From contig CAVQYR010000001.1 in NCBI GenBank assembly GCA_963718235.1, forward strand, positions 1,536,001 through 1,600,000: a stretch of 64,000 bases of DNA, given 5' to 3'. Of the stretch, positions 38,211 to 48,279 are shown piece after piece; positions within the stretch are counted from its first letter, which is position 1; each line of letters begins with the position of its first letter. The notes under the pieces are model-generated. The model saw only the letters and a list, made by a program, of their open reading frames with translations. It made no database searches and was not told the DNA's origin. Position numbers and translations under genes: made by a program. This stretch comes from an uncultured Actinomycetota bacterium (GTDB taxonomy: Bacteria > Actinomycetota > Actinomycetes > JAHEKZ01).

Positions 38211-38381
38211 TCGAGGAGCGGCGCAGTCGTCGACCGAGTGAGGCAGCACGGGTCGGGGAACAGGTGCGGGGCCCCGATCGTCTTCCCTGCGGTCGGGTTT
38301 CACACACGCCAAACCCTGCCTATGCTGTAGGCGAAGCACACGTCGACCCATGGGGTCGCCCGAGGTCCGCGAGGAGGAGCC

Positions 38382-38777
38382 GTGCCGCTCTCCGAGCATG
38401 AGCAGCGCTTGCTCGAGCAGATGGAGCGCGCGCTCTACGCTGACGATCCCAAGCTCGCGTCGACCCTCCGCGGCGCCCATCTGCGTAGCTACGACCGACG
38501 ACGGGTTATCGGGGGTGCCGTCGGCCTGTTGCTCGGTGTCGGGCTGCTCCTGGCCGGTGTCGCCTCCGGAATGGCCGTGGTCGGGGTAGCCGGGTTCCTG
38601 GTCATGCTCGGATCGGCCTGGCTGGTGATGGCCGGCTACCGCGCACGGGGTGCGGCCAACCCGGCCACGCCCGCGGCTGGCGAGTCGAAGGGGAAGGCCC
38701 GCAAGGCCCGCAGCGCCGGCTTCATGGACCGGATGGAACAGCGCTGGGACCGCCGTCGCAACGAGGGCCAGAACTAG
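38382..38777 (+). CDS. DUF3040-family membrane protein
   Basis: MPLSEHEQRLLEQMERALYADDP, two TM helices, FMDRMEQRWDRR; GGAGGAG RBS. Confidence 0.88.
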   Translation: MPLSEHEQRLLEQMERALYADDPKLASTLRGAHLRSYDRRRVIGGAVGLLLGVGLLLAGVASGMAVVGVAGFLVMLGSAWLVMAGYRARGAANPATPAAGESKGKARKARSAGFMDRMEQRWDRRRNEGQN

Positions 38778-38809
38778 CCGAACCAGGTGCGCTGCGTCGT
38801 CCGCGTGGC

Positions 38810-41245
38810 CTAGGCGCGTCCACGCACTCCCGGACGCCCTCGGGCGAAGACGCTGGCAAGCCGTTGCGACGCCCTGCTGGCCAGGCCCTCCAGTCGCTGA
38901 CCGGCCCGACCCCAACGCAGCTGCAGCCGTTGCCGGGCCGAGACCGGCCACCAGGTGGCGCGCCTGAGGGCGCGCGGCGATGCGGACCGGAGCAGGGTCG
39001 AGGTGACCCGGTCGGCGTCACCCCAGACCTCGACGTCTCCGCTGGACGGGTGGGCCCCGGCATAACGGGTCCGCTCGAGAGCGGTCGTCAGGCGGTTCAG
39101 CGCGGCCACGTCGTCGGCGGAGAGGTCGCCGCGGCGACTCAGCCGCTGCCGCACGTCGCGCACCGTGTCCCACGGGTGTGACTGCAGGTCGAGGTCGGTC
39201 ATCGTGTCCCGGATCTCGGCCCAGGCGGCCTCCAACGAGGCTTCGGCACCGAGGGCCCGACGTCGCCGGCGCCGGAGGAGCCAACGCTCGGCGGCCGGGG
39301 TCAGGGCGAGCAGCCCGCCGACCGCACCCAGGAGCAGGACACCGACCCACCACCACGACTTCGCCGTGTCGGCGACGCTGGGCGTGGTCGTCCTCAACAC
39401 GTCGGTGGCCGCCTCCCCACGGCGCCGCAGAGCCTCGTCACTGAGCTGGGGGACCTGCTGGGGCACGTCGACCGACGGGTTGCGCCCGGGCCGGTCGGTG
39501 CCTCCGGGGCCGCCGCCTCCTGGCCGTTCGGAGTCGGTCAGGGGAGGCGGCGCCCAGGCCGGAGCCGCGTTTCCGTCTCCGCCCCCGGGGGTCGGCTCGA
39601 ACCGCACCCAGCCCACGCCCTCGAACCACAGCTCGGGCCACGCGTGCGCGTCGTGGGCCGACACGCTCCACACGCCCTCGCCGACCGACGAGCCAGGGGT
39701 GAACCCGACCTGCACCCGCGACGGGATCCCTGCGACCCGGGCCATGAGTGCCATCGTGGCCGCGAACTGCTCGCAGTACCCGACCTGGTCGGACAGGAAC
39801 GCCTCCAGGTCCGAGACCGAGTTTCCGGGTCGGGTCTCCAGCGAGTAGGTGAAGGACTCCCGGAACCACGACTGGATGGCCAGCGCCTTCGCGTAGTCCG
39901 AGGGTGCTCCCGACGTGACCTCGGCAACGGTGGGAGTGAGCACCGCGGTCACGTCGTCAGGCACGGCGAGCATCGGGTCGAGCAGGGCCGAGGGCGGGGC
40001 CGCAGCCTCGAGCTGGGCTGCTGTGGGCTCGACGTCCAGACTGGACGCCTGGTACGTCAGGCCGACCGTCGACCCGTTTGCGGTGGCGGAGAACACGTCG
40101 AAGGTCTCGGCATCCCAACGCCAGTCGCCATCGACCTCGACCCGGGTCACTGGGTAGGGAAGGGGGAGCCGCACGTCGTTGAGGGCGGTCACGGCGAAGT
40201 CGGTCTCGACCGGTGTCCGGGCGACCTCGGTGAGCAGGCCGGGCGGTGTGGGCAGGCCGTCACTGGCCTGCTGGCTGGCTGGGGCCGCGACATCGGCCAG
40301 CACCCAGGAGGTGCCGTCGAAGCGGTCCAGCGTGGCCAGGCGCAGGTAGGACGGCGTCGGGTCGTCGGTCGTGTAGCGCAGGAGCTCGATGTCCTGCCCT
40401 CGGCTGATGTCGCGCTTGAGGTCGACGATCGGGTTCACCGCCACCGCCCGACGAAGCGAGCTCGGTCCGCCCCCTTCGCCGTCCGAACCGGCACCGCTGC
40501 CCAGGATCCCCTCGGAGAAGGCCGGCAGCAGGATCGGGACGCCGACCGCGACCACGAGCGCCATCGCGCCGAGGCGCCGGCCGGTCCCGCCGACCTGGAG
40601 TGGCGCGGGCTGCATGGGGTCACCGGCCCGCAGTGAGAGCGTGCGCCCCCATCGACCGAGCCGGTCTCGGCTCTCGACCAGGAGGAGCATCAGCCAGCCG
40701 ATCGCGCTGATCACGAACAGGGGCCAAGGGACACCGTCGGGAAGCACGGCGGCCGGGACGAGGTACAGGCTCAGCAACGGGATGCCGGCGAGACCGGCTC
40801 GCCGCCACGACACCGCCAGCGCATCGACGACGACCGCCACGACCGCGACCCCGGCGACGACGAGCAAGGTCGTGCCCTCGGTCGCGGAGACTGGCGGGGC
40901 CTCGGCCCACACCACGCGCGTTCCCTCGCGGACCAGGTCGGACAGGGCGGCCCAGGCGCCCGTCCCGGGAAGCACACCCCACACTGCGACGTCACGCACG
41001 AACAGCCAGGTGAGGCTCAGCAGGGCCGTGCCGGTCGTGGCGAGGGTGACGACGGTGCGCGGGAGGCCGAGCTGCCGACCGAGGCCCCCGACGACGGCCA
41101 CAGCGACGATCACGATGATGCTCCGCCCCAGCCAGGATCCGGCTTCGATGGTGGGGGACACCGACAACGCGGCCAGGAAAGTTGCCAGCGCGGCTGCGCC
41201 GGTGAGCTGCCACTGGACCCCGAGCGGGGTGCGCCGCCGGCTCAC
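38810..41245 (-). CDS. DUF3488 / transglutaminase-like domain membrane protein (TgpA-like)
   Basis: GYCEQFA, HAWPELWFEGVGWVRFEPTP catalytic motifs; N-terminal TM region. Confidence 0.9.
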   Translation of the reverse strand: MSRRRTPLGVQWQLTGAAALATFLAALSVSPTIEAGSWLGRSIIVIVAVAVVGGLGRQLGLPRTVVTLATTGTALLSLTWLFVRDVAVWGVLPGTGAWAALSDLVREGTRVVWAEAPPVSATEGTTLLVVAGVAVVAVVVDALAVSWRRAGLAGIPLLSLYLVPAAVLPDGVPWPLFVISAIGWLMLLLVESRDRLGRWGRTLSLRAGDPMQPAPLQVGGTGRRLGAMALVVAVGVPILLPAFSEGILGSGAGSDGEGGGPSSLRRAVAVNPIVDLKRDISRGQDIELLRYTTDDPTPSYLRLATLDRFDGTSWVLADVAAPASQQASDGLPTPPGLLTEVARTPVETDFAVTALNDVRLPLPYPVTRVEVDGDWRWDAETFDVFSATANGSTVGLTYQASSLDVEPTAAQLEAAAPPSALLDPMLAVPDDVTAVLTPTVAEVTSGAPSDYAKALAIQSWFRESFTYSLETRPGNSVSDLEAFLSDQVGYCEQFAATMALMARVAGIPSRVQVGFTPGSSVGEGVWSVSAHDAHAWPELWFEGVGWVRFEPTPGGGDGNAAPAWAPPPLTDSERPGGGGPGGTDRPGRNPSVDVPQQVPQLSDEALRRRGEAATDVLRTTTPSVADTAKSWWWVGVLLLGAVGGLLALTPAAERWLLRRRRRRALGAEASLEAAWAEIRDTMTDLDLQSHPWDTVRDVRQRLSRRGDLSADDVAALNRLTTALERTRYAGAHPSSGDVEVWGDADRVTSTLLRSASPRALRRATWWPVSARQRLQLRWGRAGQRLEGLASRASQRLASVFARGRPGVRGRA

Positions 41246-42537
41246 GAGGCCGCGCCCGTCGTGCGCAGCGGACCACGGTCCTGGAAGGCGGACTGCTTCC
41301 AGGCCTCGGCGAGGGGTTGGCCTCGTTCGAGGGCAACGACGCGCCAGCCGGAGACGCGCAGCAGGTCCGCCGCCTCTCGTGACTGTTCCTGCAGCAGGAG
41401 CTCAGTGGCTTCGCCGCGGCCCTGCCACCCCGAGACGTCGAGCAGGACCGCGATCGTGGTTCCCATGCCGTGGCGTGCACGCACGAGCCGCTCCGCATCG
41501 GCGACGTCGACGTGGCCGAGGATGGCCACCATCAAGGAGTCACCGTCGTGTCGGGCTGCCGTGGCCAGCCCCTCGAGCGTGTCGCTCGTGCGGCTGGACA
41601 CCACGGACAGCGCGTCCAGGAGAAGCCCCTCGTTGTCGCCCCCGTGGGTGGCCGGCTGGTGTCCCGTGCTGCTGACGCCGGGACCGGAGGCCGCGACCAG
41701 TCGGACGGTGAAGCCCCGGCGGCCGAGGTGGACGCCGACCGAGGCGGCAGCGCTGACCGCTCGCTCGAAGCTGCTGTCCATGCCACGACCCCGGTGAGCC
41801 AGGGCCCGGGTGTCGAGCAGCACCGCGCTTCGGGACTCCCAGGGCTGCTCCTCGCGGCGCACCATCAGCTGGCCGTGTCGGGCGGTCGACGGCCAGTGGA
41901 CGCGTCGCAGCTCGTCGCCTCTGCGGTAGTCGCGCACAGCGATGTCGTCCTCGCCAGCCGCCGCCACAGAGCGGGCTCGGCTGTCGCCGTGGCCGCTCCA
42001 GTCACCGGACAGCGACATCGGGGGGAGCTGCTCGACGGCGGGGGTGACCACCAAGGCATCGCGTTGGCTGAACGACCGGTCGAGGGCGCACAGCCCGAAC
42101 GGGTCGGCCACCCGCAGGACGAGCGGTCCCACCATGAAGCGGCCACGCACGTCGGAGCGGACGTCGTAGGAGACGTCGCGGTGACTGCGTGGAGCGAGTC
42201 GGTCGATGACGAACCGAGGGCGCGCCCCGAGCTCGAGCGGCACTCGGTCCTCGACCAGCAGGAGGCCAGTGGGCAGCGCGGCGACGTTCTTCAGACGCAG
42301 CACGATCCGGCTCGCGTCGCCCACCGGGATCCTGGACGGTTCGATCGTGCGGGTGCAGGCGAGGCGGAAGCGGGTGCGGGACACGCTGAGCGCGGCGAGC
42401 AGCGGCAGGGCGGCAACGAGCAGCCCGACCCGCAGGATGTCGCGCTGACCGAAGGCAAGCGACATCAGCGCCGCGGTGACTCCCGCGGTCAGGAACGTGC
42501 GACCGCGGTTGGTCAGGGAGGACAGCGCTGATCGCAT
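41242..42537 (-). CDS. DUF58-family protein
   Basis: DPFGL, VRDYRRGDELRRVHWPSTAR, LMVRREE. Confidence 0.9.
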   Translation of the reverse strand: MRSALSSLTNRGRTFLTAGVTAALMSLAFGQRDILRVGLLVAALPLLAALSVSRTRFRLACTRTIEPSRIPVGDASRIVLRLKNVAALPTGLLLVEDRVPLELGARPRFVIDRLAPRSHRDVSYDVRSDVRGRFMVGPLVLRVADPFGLCALDRSFSQRDALVVTPAVEQLPPMSLSGDWSGHGDSRARSVAAAGEDDIAVRDYRRGDELRRVHWPSTARHGQLMVRREEQPWESRSAVLLDTRALAHRGRGMDSSFERAVSAAASVGVHLGRRGFTVRLVAASGPGVSSTGHQPATHGGDNEGLLLDALSVVSSRTSDTLEGLATAARHDGDSLMVAILGHVDVADAERLVRARHGMGTTIAVLLDVSGWQGRGEATELLLQEQSREAADLLRVSGWRVVALERGQPLAEAWKQSAFQDRGPLRTTGAAS

Positions 42538-42546
42538 GGCCGTGGG

Positions 42547-43566
42547 TCAGCCGCCGGGAATGGAGGTGGAGGCGACGATCCGCTCGACGACCTGCTCTGG
42601 TGTGCGACGGGCGATCTGTGCCTCGGCCGTGGGCAGGAGTCGGTGGGCCAGGACGGAGACCGCCAGGGCCCGTACGTCGTCAGGAACCACGAAGTCGCGT
42701 CCGTCGAGGGCCGCCGCCGCCTTGGCGGCTCGGACCAGCTGCAGGGTGGCCCGAGGCGATGCGCCGAGTCGCAGGTCGACCGAGGTGCGGGTCCCCTCCA
42801 CCAGCGCGATGGCGTAGCTCAAGACGTCGTCGCTGACGTAGACGTCGCGGACGACCCTGATCGCTGCCATGACGTCCTGGGCGGTCGCCACGGCCTGCAG
42901 GTCCTCCAGCGGCCGTCCGCTTGTGTGGTGCTGCAGCATGGTGAGCTCGGCCGCCGCCTCGGGGTAGCCCATCGAGATGCGGGCCATGAACCGGTCGCGC
43001 TGGGCCTCGGGCAGCGGGTACGTCCCCTCCATCTCGATCGGGTTCTGTGTTGCGACGACCATGAACGGGGACGGCAGGTCGTAGGTCGTTCCGTCGACGG
43101 TGACCTGGTGCTCCTCCATCGCCTCCAGCAGTGCCGACTGGGTCTTCGGCGACGCTCGGTTGATCTCGTCGCCGATCACGACGTGGGCGAACACCGCCCC
43201 AGGACGGAACTCGAAGGTCAGCGCCTGCTGGTTGTAGACGCTCACCCCAGTGATGTCGCTGGGCAGGAGGTCGGGGGTGAACTGGATTCGGCGCACCGTG
43301 CAGTCGAGGGCGCGGGCCAGCGCCTTGGCCAGCATGGTCTTGCCGACACCGGGGACGTCCTCGATCAGCAGGTGTCCCTCGGCCAGGAGCACGGTCAGGG
43401 TCAGCCGCACGACGTCCGGCTTGCCCTCGATCACCGACTCGACGGCAGCCCGGATGTCGTGTGCCGAGCGGCCGATTCCGGGGTCGGCGGCCGGCGGTCG
43501 ACCGAGGGTCGAGACCTCCGGCGGGCCGTCGTCGGCGGCGCGCGCCCCGGTCTCGGTCGTGGTCAC
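42547..43566 (-). CDS. MoxR-family AAA+ ATPase
   Basis: EDVPGVGKT, RIQFTPDLLPSD, DEINRASPKTQSALLE, LPEAQRDRF; GGAGG RBS before GTG 43566. Confidence 0.92.
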   Translation of the reverse strand: MTTTETGARAADDGPPEVSTLGRPPAADPGIGRSAHDIRAAVESVIEGKPDVVRLTLTVLLAEGHLLIEDVPGVGKTMLAKALARALDCTVRRIQFTPDLLPSDITGVSVYNQQALTFEFRPGAVFAHVVIGDEINRASPKTQSALLEAMEEHQVTVDGTTYDLPSPFMVVATQNPIEMEGTYPLPEAQRDRFMARISMGYPEAAAELTMLQHHTSGRPLEDLQAVATAQDVMAAIRVVRDVYVSDDVLSYAIALVEGTRTSVDLRLGASPRATLQLVRAAKAAAALDGRDFVVPDDVRALAVSVLAHRLLPTAEAQIARRTPEQVVERIVASTSIPGG

Positions 43567-43853
43567 CTGGAACCTCCGGCTCGAACGTGCAGGGCGCGCC
43601 CCTGTCTGATCCAGACGCGTGGTGCACAGCCTAGGTTCCCCCAGCGGATTGCGGGTCGTCCGCACCACATCGCTCCACCCGGCGCCCGGCCGTCGCCCGG
43701 CGGGTCGGGGTCGTGGCCGCACGGCTGCCTGATCACGGCTCGTCCGGTCCGTCGGCAGGCAGGCGCGGGTCGTGCGGGCAGCCGTTGCCCCACCTTCCTC
43801 CACCCCGTTGACCTGCGCGGTCATCGCCAGATAAGGGCTGGACACGCCCGATT

Positions 43854-43887
43854 GTGGTTGACGGTGGGGGAAAGTGGAGTACTGTGG
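43854..43887 (+). promoter_or_regulatory. MraZ operator: four GTGG boxes at 10-bp spacing
   Basis: GTGG at 43854, 43864, 43874, 43884; two inverted CCAC at 43790 and 43800. Confidence 0.8.
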
Positions 43888-43930
43888 CGCAGCACGGAGC
43901 ACCCGGGTCGGACGAAGGGGAGGTGGGGAC

Positions 43931-44362
43931 GTGTTCCTCGGCACCCACCAGCCCCGGTTGGACGACAAGGGACGGTTGTTCCTCCCGGCGAAGTTCCGCG
44001 AGCTGCTGGCCGGCGGCGTGGTGATCACCAAGGGGCAGGAGCACTGCCTGTTCGTGTTCCCCCGCGAGGAGTTCGCCCGGATCACTGCCGCCATGCGCGC
44101 CGCGCCCCTGTCGAACAAGGAGGCCCGCGACTACATCCGGGTCTTCCTCTCCGGCGCCTCCGACGAGGTTCCGGACCGGCAGGGCCGGATCACGGTCCCG
44201 GCGCCCCTTCGCGCGTACGCGCGGCTGTCCAAGGACTGTGTGGTGATCGGGATGGGATCGCGGGTCGAGATCTGGGACGCCGCCGCGTGGGCCGACTACC
44301 TCGCAGCCAACGAAGGCACCTTCGCCGAGCTGAGCGAGGAGGTGCTGCCCGGGCTCTTGTGA
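43931..44362 (+). CDS. mraZ: Division/cell-wall cluster repressor MraZ
   Basis: FLGTH...LDDKGRL.LP, DRQGRI; GGAGG RBS. Confidence 0.95.
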   Translation: MFLGTHQPRLDDKGRLFLPAKFRELLAGGVVITKGQEHCLFVFPREEFARITAAMRAAPLSNKEARDYIRVFLSGASDEVPDRQGRITVPAPLRAYARLSKDCVVIGMGSRVEIWDAAAWADYLAANEGTFAELSEEVLPGLL

Positions 44363-44367
44363 CGAGA

Positions 44368-44484
44368 CCTTCAGTGAGGTCTCCACCCGCTCCGTGTCGT
44401 GCTGACGCACCTTCCCCGGCGCCAGACCGACAGCTCCCCTTTCCAGGGCCCCTTCGAGGGAGCGGATGGAGACCTGAGTGAAGG
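44368..44484 (+). ncRNA. mraW RNA motif (cis-regulatory structured RNA)
   Basis: Outer stem CCTTCA..AGGTCTCCA.CCGCTCC / GGAGCGG.TGGAGACCT..TGAAGG enclosing a hairpin with CTTCCCC loop (44411-44417); between mraZ and rsmH. Confidence 0.8.
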
Positions 44485-44510
44485 ACTCCCAGCACCTGAC
44501 CACCCACAGA

Positions 44511-44548
44511 CCAGCACCAGCACCAGCGCCAGCACCAGCACCAGCACC
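44511..44548 (+). repeat. (CCAGCA)6 tandem repeat
   Basis: Six hexamer units, one CCAGCG variant. Confidence 0.85.
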
Positions 44549-44596
44549 GAGCGCGAGCTCGGTTCGCCGCACCGGTCGTAGCGAAGAAGGGTCGAG

Positions 44597-44761
44597 ATGA
44601 GCAGTACGCGCAGCCCGCACACCCACGTGCGCCGTTCGTCTGATCGTTCCCTCGCGCGTCCCCATCACGCGGCCCACCACGTGGCACTCGTGGTGCTGGC
44701 CCTGGCCTCGACGGTGGCCGTGGTCGCGCTGACCAGCACGCTCGTGGCCCGGTTCGGCTAG
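44597..44761 (+). CDS. Putative 54-aa His-rich small protein with a C-terminal TM helix
   Basis: GAAGAAGGG RBS, ATG 44597, hydrophobic [23 protein letters not shown], stop 7 nt before rsmH. Confidence 0.55.
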   Translation: MSSTRSPHTHVRRSSDRSLARPHHAAHHVALVVLALASTVAVVALTSTLVARFG

Positions 44762-44768
44762 GCCCACC

Positions 44769-45746
44769 ATGTCACCGTCGTCACCGTCGTCACCGCCCAC
44801 GCCCCGGCACGTCCCGGTGCTGCGTGACCGGCTGGTGGCCCTGCTCGGGCCGGCGCTGGAGCGGCCCGGGTCGGTGCTCGTGGATGCGACGCTGGGACTC
44901 GGTGGTCACAGCGAGGCGTTCCTCCAGCACTTCCCCGGGCTGAGGCTGGTCGGGCTGGATCGCGACCAGGAGGCGTTGGACTTCTCCGTCGGTCGCCTGG
45001 CCGCCTACGCCGACCGGACGACGTTCGTGCACGCGGTGTACGACGAGCTGCCCGACGTCCTGGACGAGCTGGGCCTCGGTGGGGTCCAGGCCGTGCTGTT
45101 CGACCTGGGGGTCTCCTCGCTGCAGCTGGACGCCCGCGAGCGAGGCTTCGCCTACGCCCAGGACGCTCCGCTCGACATGCGCATGGACCAGTCGGCGGGG
45201 CTGACCGCCGCGGAGGTGCTGAACACCTACGACGCGGCCACACTGGCCGACATCCTGCGTCGCTACGGCGAGGAACGGTTCGCCCGCAAAATCGCGGCGG
45301 CCGTCGTCCGGGAGCGGGCCGCGGAGCCGTTCGCGTCCTCCGGTCGTCTGGTGGAGCTGCTGCGTCGCGAGATCCCGGCGCCCGCCCGGCGCACCGGTGG
45401 ACACCCGGCCAAGCGCACCTTCCAGGCCCTGCGGATCGAGGTCAACGGCGAGCTCGCTGCCTGGGAGCGTGCGCTGCCCGAGGCGGTGGCCGCGCTCGCC
45501 CTGCACGGGCGAATCGCAGTGCTGTCCTACCACTCCCTGGAGGACCGGATCACCAAGCAGTGCCTGGCGTCGCTCGCTGCGGACACCACCCCGCGTGGGC
45601 TCCCGGTTGTGCCTGAGGGTCATGGGCCGCAGCTTCGGCTGCTGACCCGAGGCGCCGAGCGTCCAGACGACGAGGAGAGCGCGGCCAACCCTCGCGCGAC
45701 GTCGGCCCGGCTGCGGGCCGCCGAGCGGATCCGGAGTGCGGCATGA
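44769..45746 (+). CDS. rsmH: 16S rRNA C1402 N4-methyltransferase
   Basis: [47 protein letters not shown]. Confidence 0.96.
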   Translation: MSPSSPSSPPTPRHVPVLRDRLVALLGPALERPGSVLVDATLGLGGHSEAFLQHFPGLRLVGLDRDQEALDFSVGRLAAYADRTTFVHAVYDELPDVLDELGLGGVQAVLFDLGVSSLQLDARERGFAYAQDAPLDMRMDQSAGLTAAEVLNTYDAATLADILRRYGEERFARKIAAAVVRERAAEPFASSGRLVELLRREIPAPARRTGGHPAKRTFQALRIEVNGELAAWERALPEAVAALALHGRIAVLSYHSLEDRITKQCLASLAADTTPRGLPVVPEGHGPQLRLLTRGAERPDDEESAANPRATSARLRAAERIRSAA

Positions 45747-46399
45747 GCGTCACAGCCCCCGTCCGCCGTCCCGCCCCCGACCGGCGAGGCGCCCCGACCG
45801 AGGCGCGCCGAGCCTCCGCCGGCCCACGACGCCCCCTGCAGGTCGTCGTCCCCAGTGCCCCCGCCCCACGGCGCACACCGTTCGTCGGTGTCGTGGTCGG
45901 CGTGCTCGGGCTCGGCCTGCTGGGGCTCCTCGCGCTGAACACCGCGCTCGCCCAGGGTGCCTTCCACCAGCACGACCTCGAGCGACAGCTGGCCGTGCTG
46001 CAGGACGAGGAGCAGGCGCTGCAGCAGCGGGTCGCGGCGCTCGCTGCCCCGCACCGGCTGGCCTCCCAGGCGCACGCGCTGGGCATGGTGGCCACGGTCG
46101 ACCCGGCCTTCCTGAGGGCAAGCGACGGAGCCGTCCTGGGTGAGCCCACCCCCGCCCCGGCGGCACCGGTCGTCGTGGCACCGGAGCCGACGCCGTCGCC
46201 TGACTCCAGGGTCAACGACCCGCGGGGGAGCACGGCCGACAGCGGGCCCGGGTCGACGCCCGCGGATCCGACGGGCGACACCCCGGCGAGCCAGACCGGA
46301 CCCGGCGAGGGCACCCGGCAGGATCGTCCGGGCCAGCAGCAGGACACCGCGCAGGGGAGTCCGCAGGACACCGAACCGGGTACGGGGGGTCAGAGGTAG
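45743..46399 (+). CDS. ftsL: Cell division protein FtsL-like
   Basis: Single TM plus coiled coil, A..LGM motif; located between rsmH and ftsI. Confidence 0.75.
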   Translation: MSVTAPVRRPAPDRRGAPTEARRASAGPRRPLQVVVPSAPAPRRTPFVGVVVGVLGLGLLGLLALNTALAQGAFHQHDLERQLAVLQDEEQALQQRVAALAAPHRLASQAHALGMVATVDPAFLRASDGAVLGEPTPAPAAPVVVAPEPTPSPDSRVNDPRGSTADSGPGSTPADPTGDTPASQTGPGEGTRQDRPGQQQDTAQGSPQDTEPGTGGQR

Positions 46400-48258
46400 T
46401 GACGCGACGGCCACAGCGACCGTCTGCTCGACGGGGTGCTCCCGCTCCTGATTCCCGGCCCCGCCGCCCCGCGCGCGCTCGAGCGTCGGCCCCACCGCCC
46501 CGCCCGAGGCGAGCACCCCAACGGCCGCGACCACCGCGCCGGCAGGTCCCGCTCGGCGACTCCCGTCGCCGGATGCGAGCTGTCGCGCTCATCGTCTTCT
46601 TCGTCATGTCGTTGTTCGCCGGACGCCTGGTCCAGCTGCAGGGGATCGACGCCACCGCGTACGCAGCCACGGCGGAGGCCGAGCGGCTCCGGACGGTGAC
46701 CGTGGCCGCGACCCGCGGTGCGGTCACCGACGTGAACGGCGTCGTCCTGGCCACGTCGGTCGACGCGGTCAACATCACCGCCGACCAGACCCTCATCGCC
46801 GACCCCTATGCCGTGGCCAACGCCCTCGACCCCTTCCTGCGGGAGGACTCGATGACGTTGCAGGACCGGCTCAGTGGCGAGGCCAGGTTCGCCTACGTCT
46901 CGCGCCAGGTCTCGCCCGCGACCTGGCGCGAGGTGCAGCAGCTGCGCCTGCCGGGGATCTTCAGTGAGCCGACCAGCAAACGCGTGTACCCCCAGGGGAA
47001 CCTGGGCGCCAACGTCGTCGGGTTCGTGGGCTACGACGGGCACGGCCTCGGCGGGTACGAGGCGTCGTTGGACGACCTGCTCGCCGGGCGCGACGGGCAC
47101 GCGAGCTTCGAGGCGACGGCGGGGGGCCAGCCGATCCCGACGGCGGAGAGCGAGTCCGACCAGCCCGTCGCGGGCGCCGACGTCCAGCTCACGATCGACA
47201 GCGACATCCAGTTCATCGCCGAGCAGGCGATCGCGGCCAAGGTCCGTGCGTCCGGGGCCGAGAGCGGGTCGGTCGTCGTGATGGACCCGCGCACCGGGCG
47301 CGTGCTGGCGATGGCGACCTACCCCCGGTTCAACCCGGAGCACGCGGAGAAGGCACCGGAGGCCGACCGTGGCAACCGGATCGTCAGTGAGATCTACGAA
47401 CCGGGCAGCACCAGCAAGGTGATGACCATGGCCGCGGCGCTGGAGGAGGGTGCCATCACGCCGAACACCAAGGTCACGGTGCCTTCGGTGCTCTACCGGG
47501 GGGGTGAGCCGTTCTACGACCACGACTCCCACGGCACCCTGCGCCTGACCGCGACTGGGGTTCTGGCGGAGTCGAGCAACATGGGCACGATGCTCATCGC
47601 CGAACGCCTCGGTCGTGAGCCGCTCTACCGTGCGCTCAAGCGATTCGGCATCGCCGAGCCGAGCGGGCTGCGGTTCCCCGGGGAGAGCCCAGGACTGCTG
47701 CCGAACGTCGAGGCCTGGGGTCCGACCAACTTCGCCACGATCGCGTTCGGACAAGGGCTGTCGCTCAACGCGCTCCAGGCGACGAGCGTCTTCGCCACGA
47801 TCGCGAACGACGGGGTGCGCGTGGAGCCGGTCCTCGTCGACGGGACCGTGAACGATGATGGGACCCTCGAACCCGCCGCTGCGCCGCAGCAGCACCAGGT
47901 GGTGAGCGCGGAGACCGCCACGACGCTGCGTCACATGATGGAGTCGGTCGTGTCAGAGAACGGCACCGCGCCCATGGCGCAGATCCCCGGTTACCGCGTC
48001 GCGGGCAAGACCGGTACCGCAGAGCGGGTCGACCCCTCCTGCGGGTGCTACCGCGGGTACACCGCCTCGTTCATCGGCTTCGCACCGGCCGACGACCCGG
48101 CGCTCGTGGTGTCGGTGGCTCTCCAGCGTCCGGTGAACGGGCGCTATGGAGGAGAGCTCGGCGGTCCGGTGTTCAAGAGAGTCATGTCCTTCGCCCTTCA
48201 ATCGCAGGGGATCCCTCCTACCGGATCGAAGCCCCCGCGAATGAAGCTCAAGTGGTGA
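46399..48258 (+). CDS. ftsI: Class B penicillin-binding protein FtsI
   Basis: YEPGSTSK (SxxK), SSN, KTGT. Confidence 0.94.
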   Translation: MTRRPQRPSARRGAPAPDSRPRRPARARASAPPPRPRRAPQRPRPPRRQVPLGDSRRRMRAVALIVFFVMSLFAGRLVQLQGIDATAYAATAEAERLRTVTVAATRGAVTDVNGVVLATSVDAVNITADQTLIADPYAVANALDPFLREDSMTLQDRLSGEARFAYVSRQVSPATWREVQQLRLPGIFSEPTSKRVYPQGNLGANVVGFVGYDGHGLGGYEASLDDLLAGRDGHASFEATAGGQPIPTAESESDQPVAGADVQLTIDSDIQFIAEQAIAAKVRASGAESGSVVVMDPRTGRVLAMATYPRFNPEHAEKAPEADRGNRIVSEIYEPGSTSKVMTMAAALEEGAITPNTKVTVPSVLYRGGEPFYDHDSHGTLRLTATGVLAESSNMGTMLIAERLGREPLYRALKRFGIAEPSGLRFPGESPGLLPNVEAWGPTNFATIAFGQGLSLNALQATSVFATIANDGVRVEPVLVDGTVNDDGTLEPAAAPQQHQVVSAETATTLRHMMESVVSENGTAPMAQIPGYRVAGKTGTAERVDPSCGCYRGYTASFIGFAPADDPALVVSVALQRPVNGRYGGELGGPVFKRVMSFALQSQGIPPTGSKPPRMKLKW

Positions 48259-48279
48259 GCTGAGGCGGAGGAGCACACG

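Noticed and set aside
38810-43566. MoxR-DUF58-transglutaminase operon as a novel system
   Set aside because: Widespread module routinely found upstream of mraZ in actinobacteria
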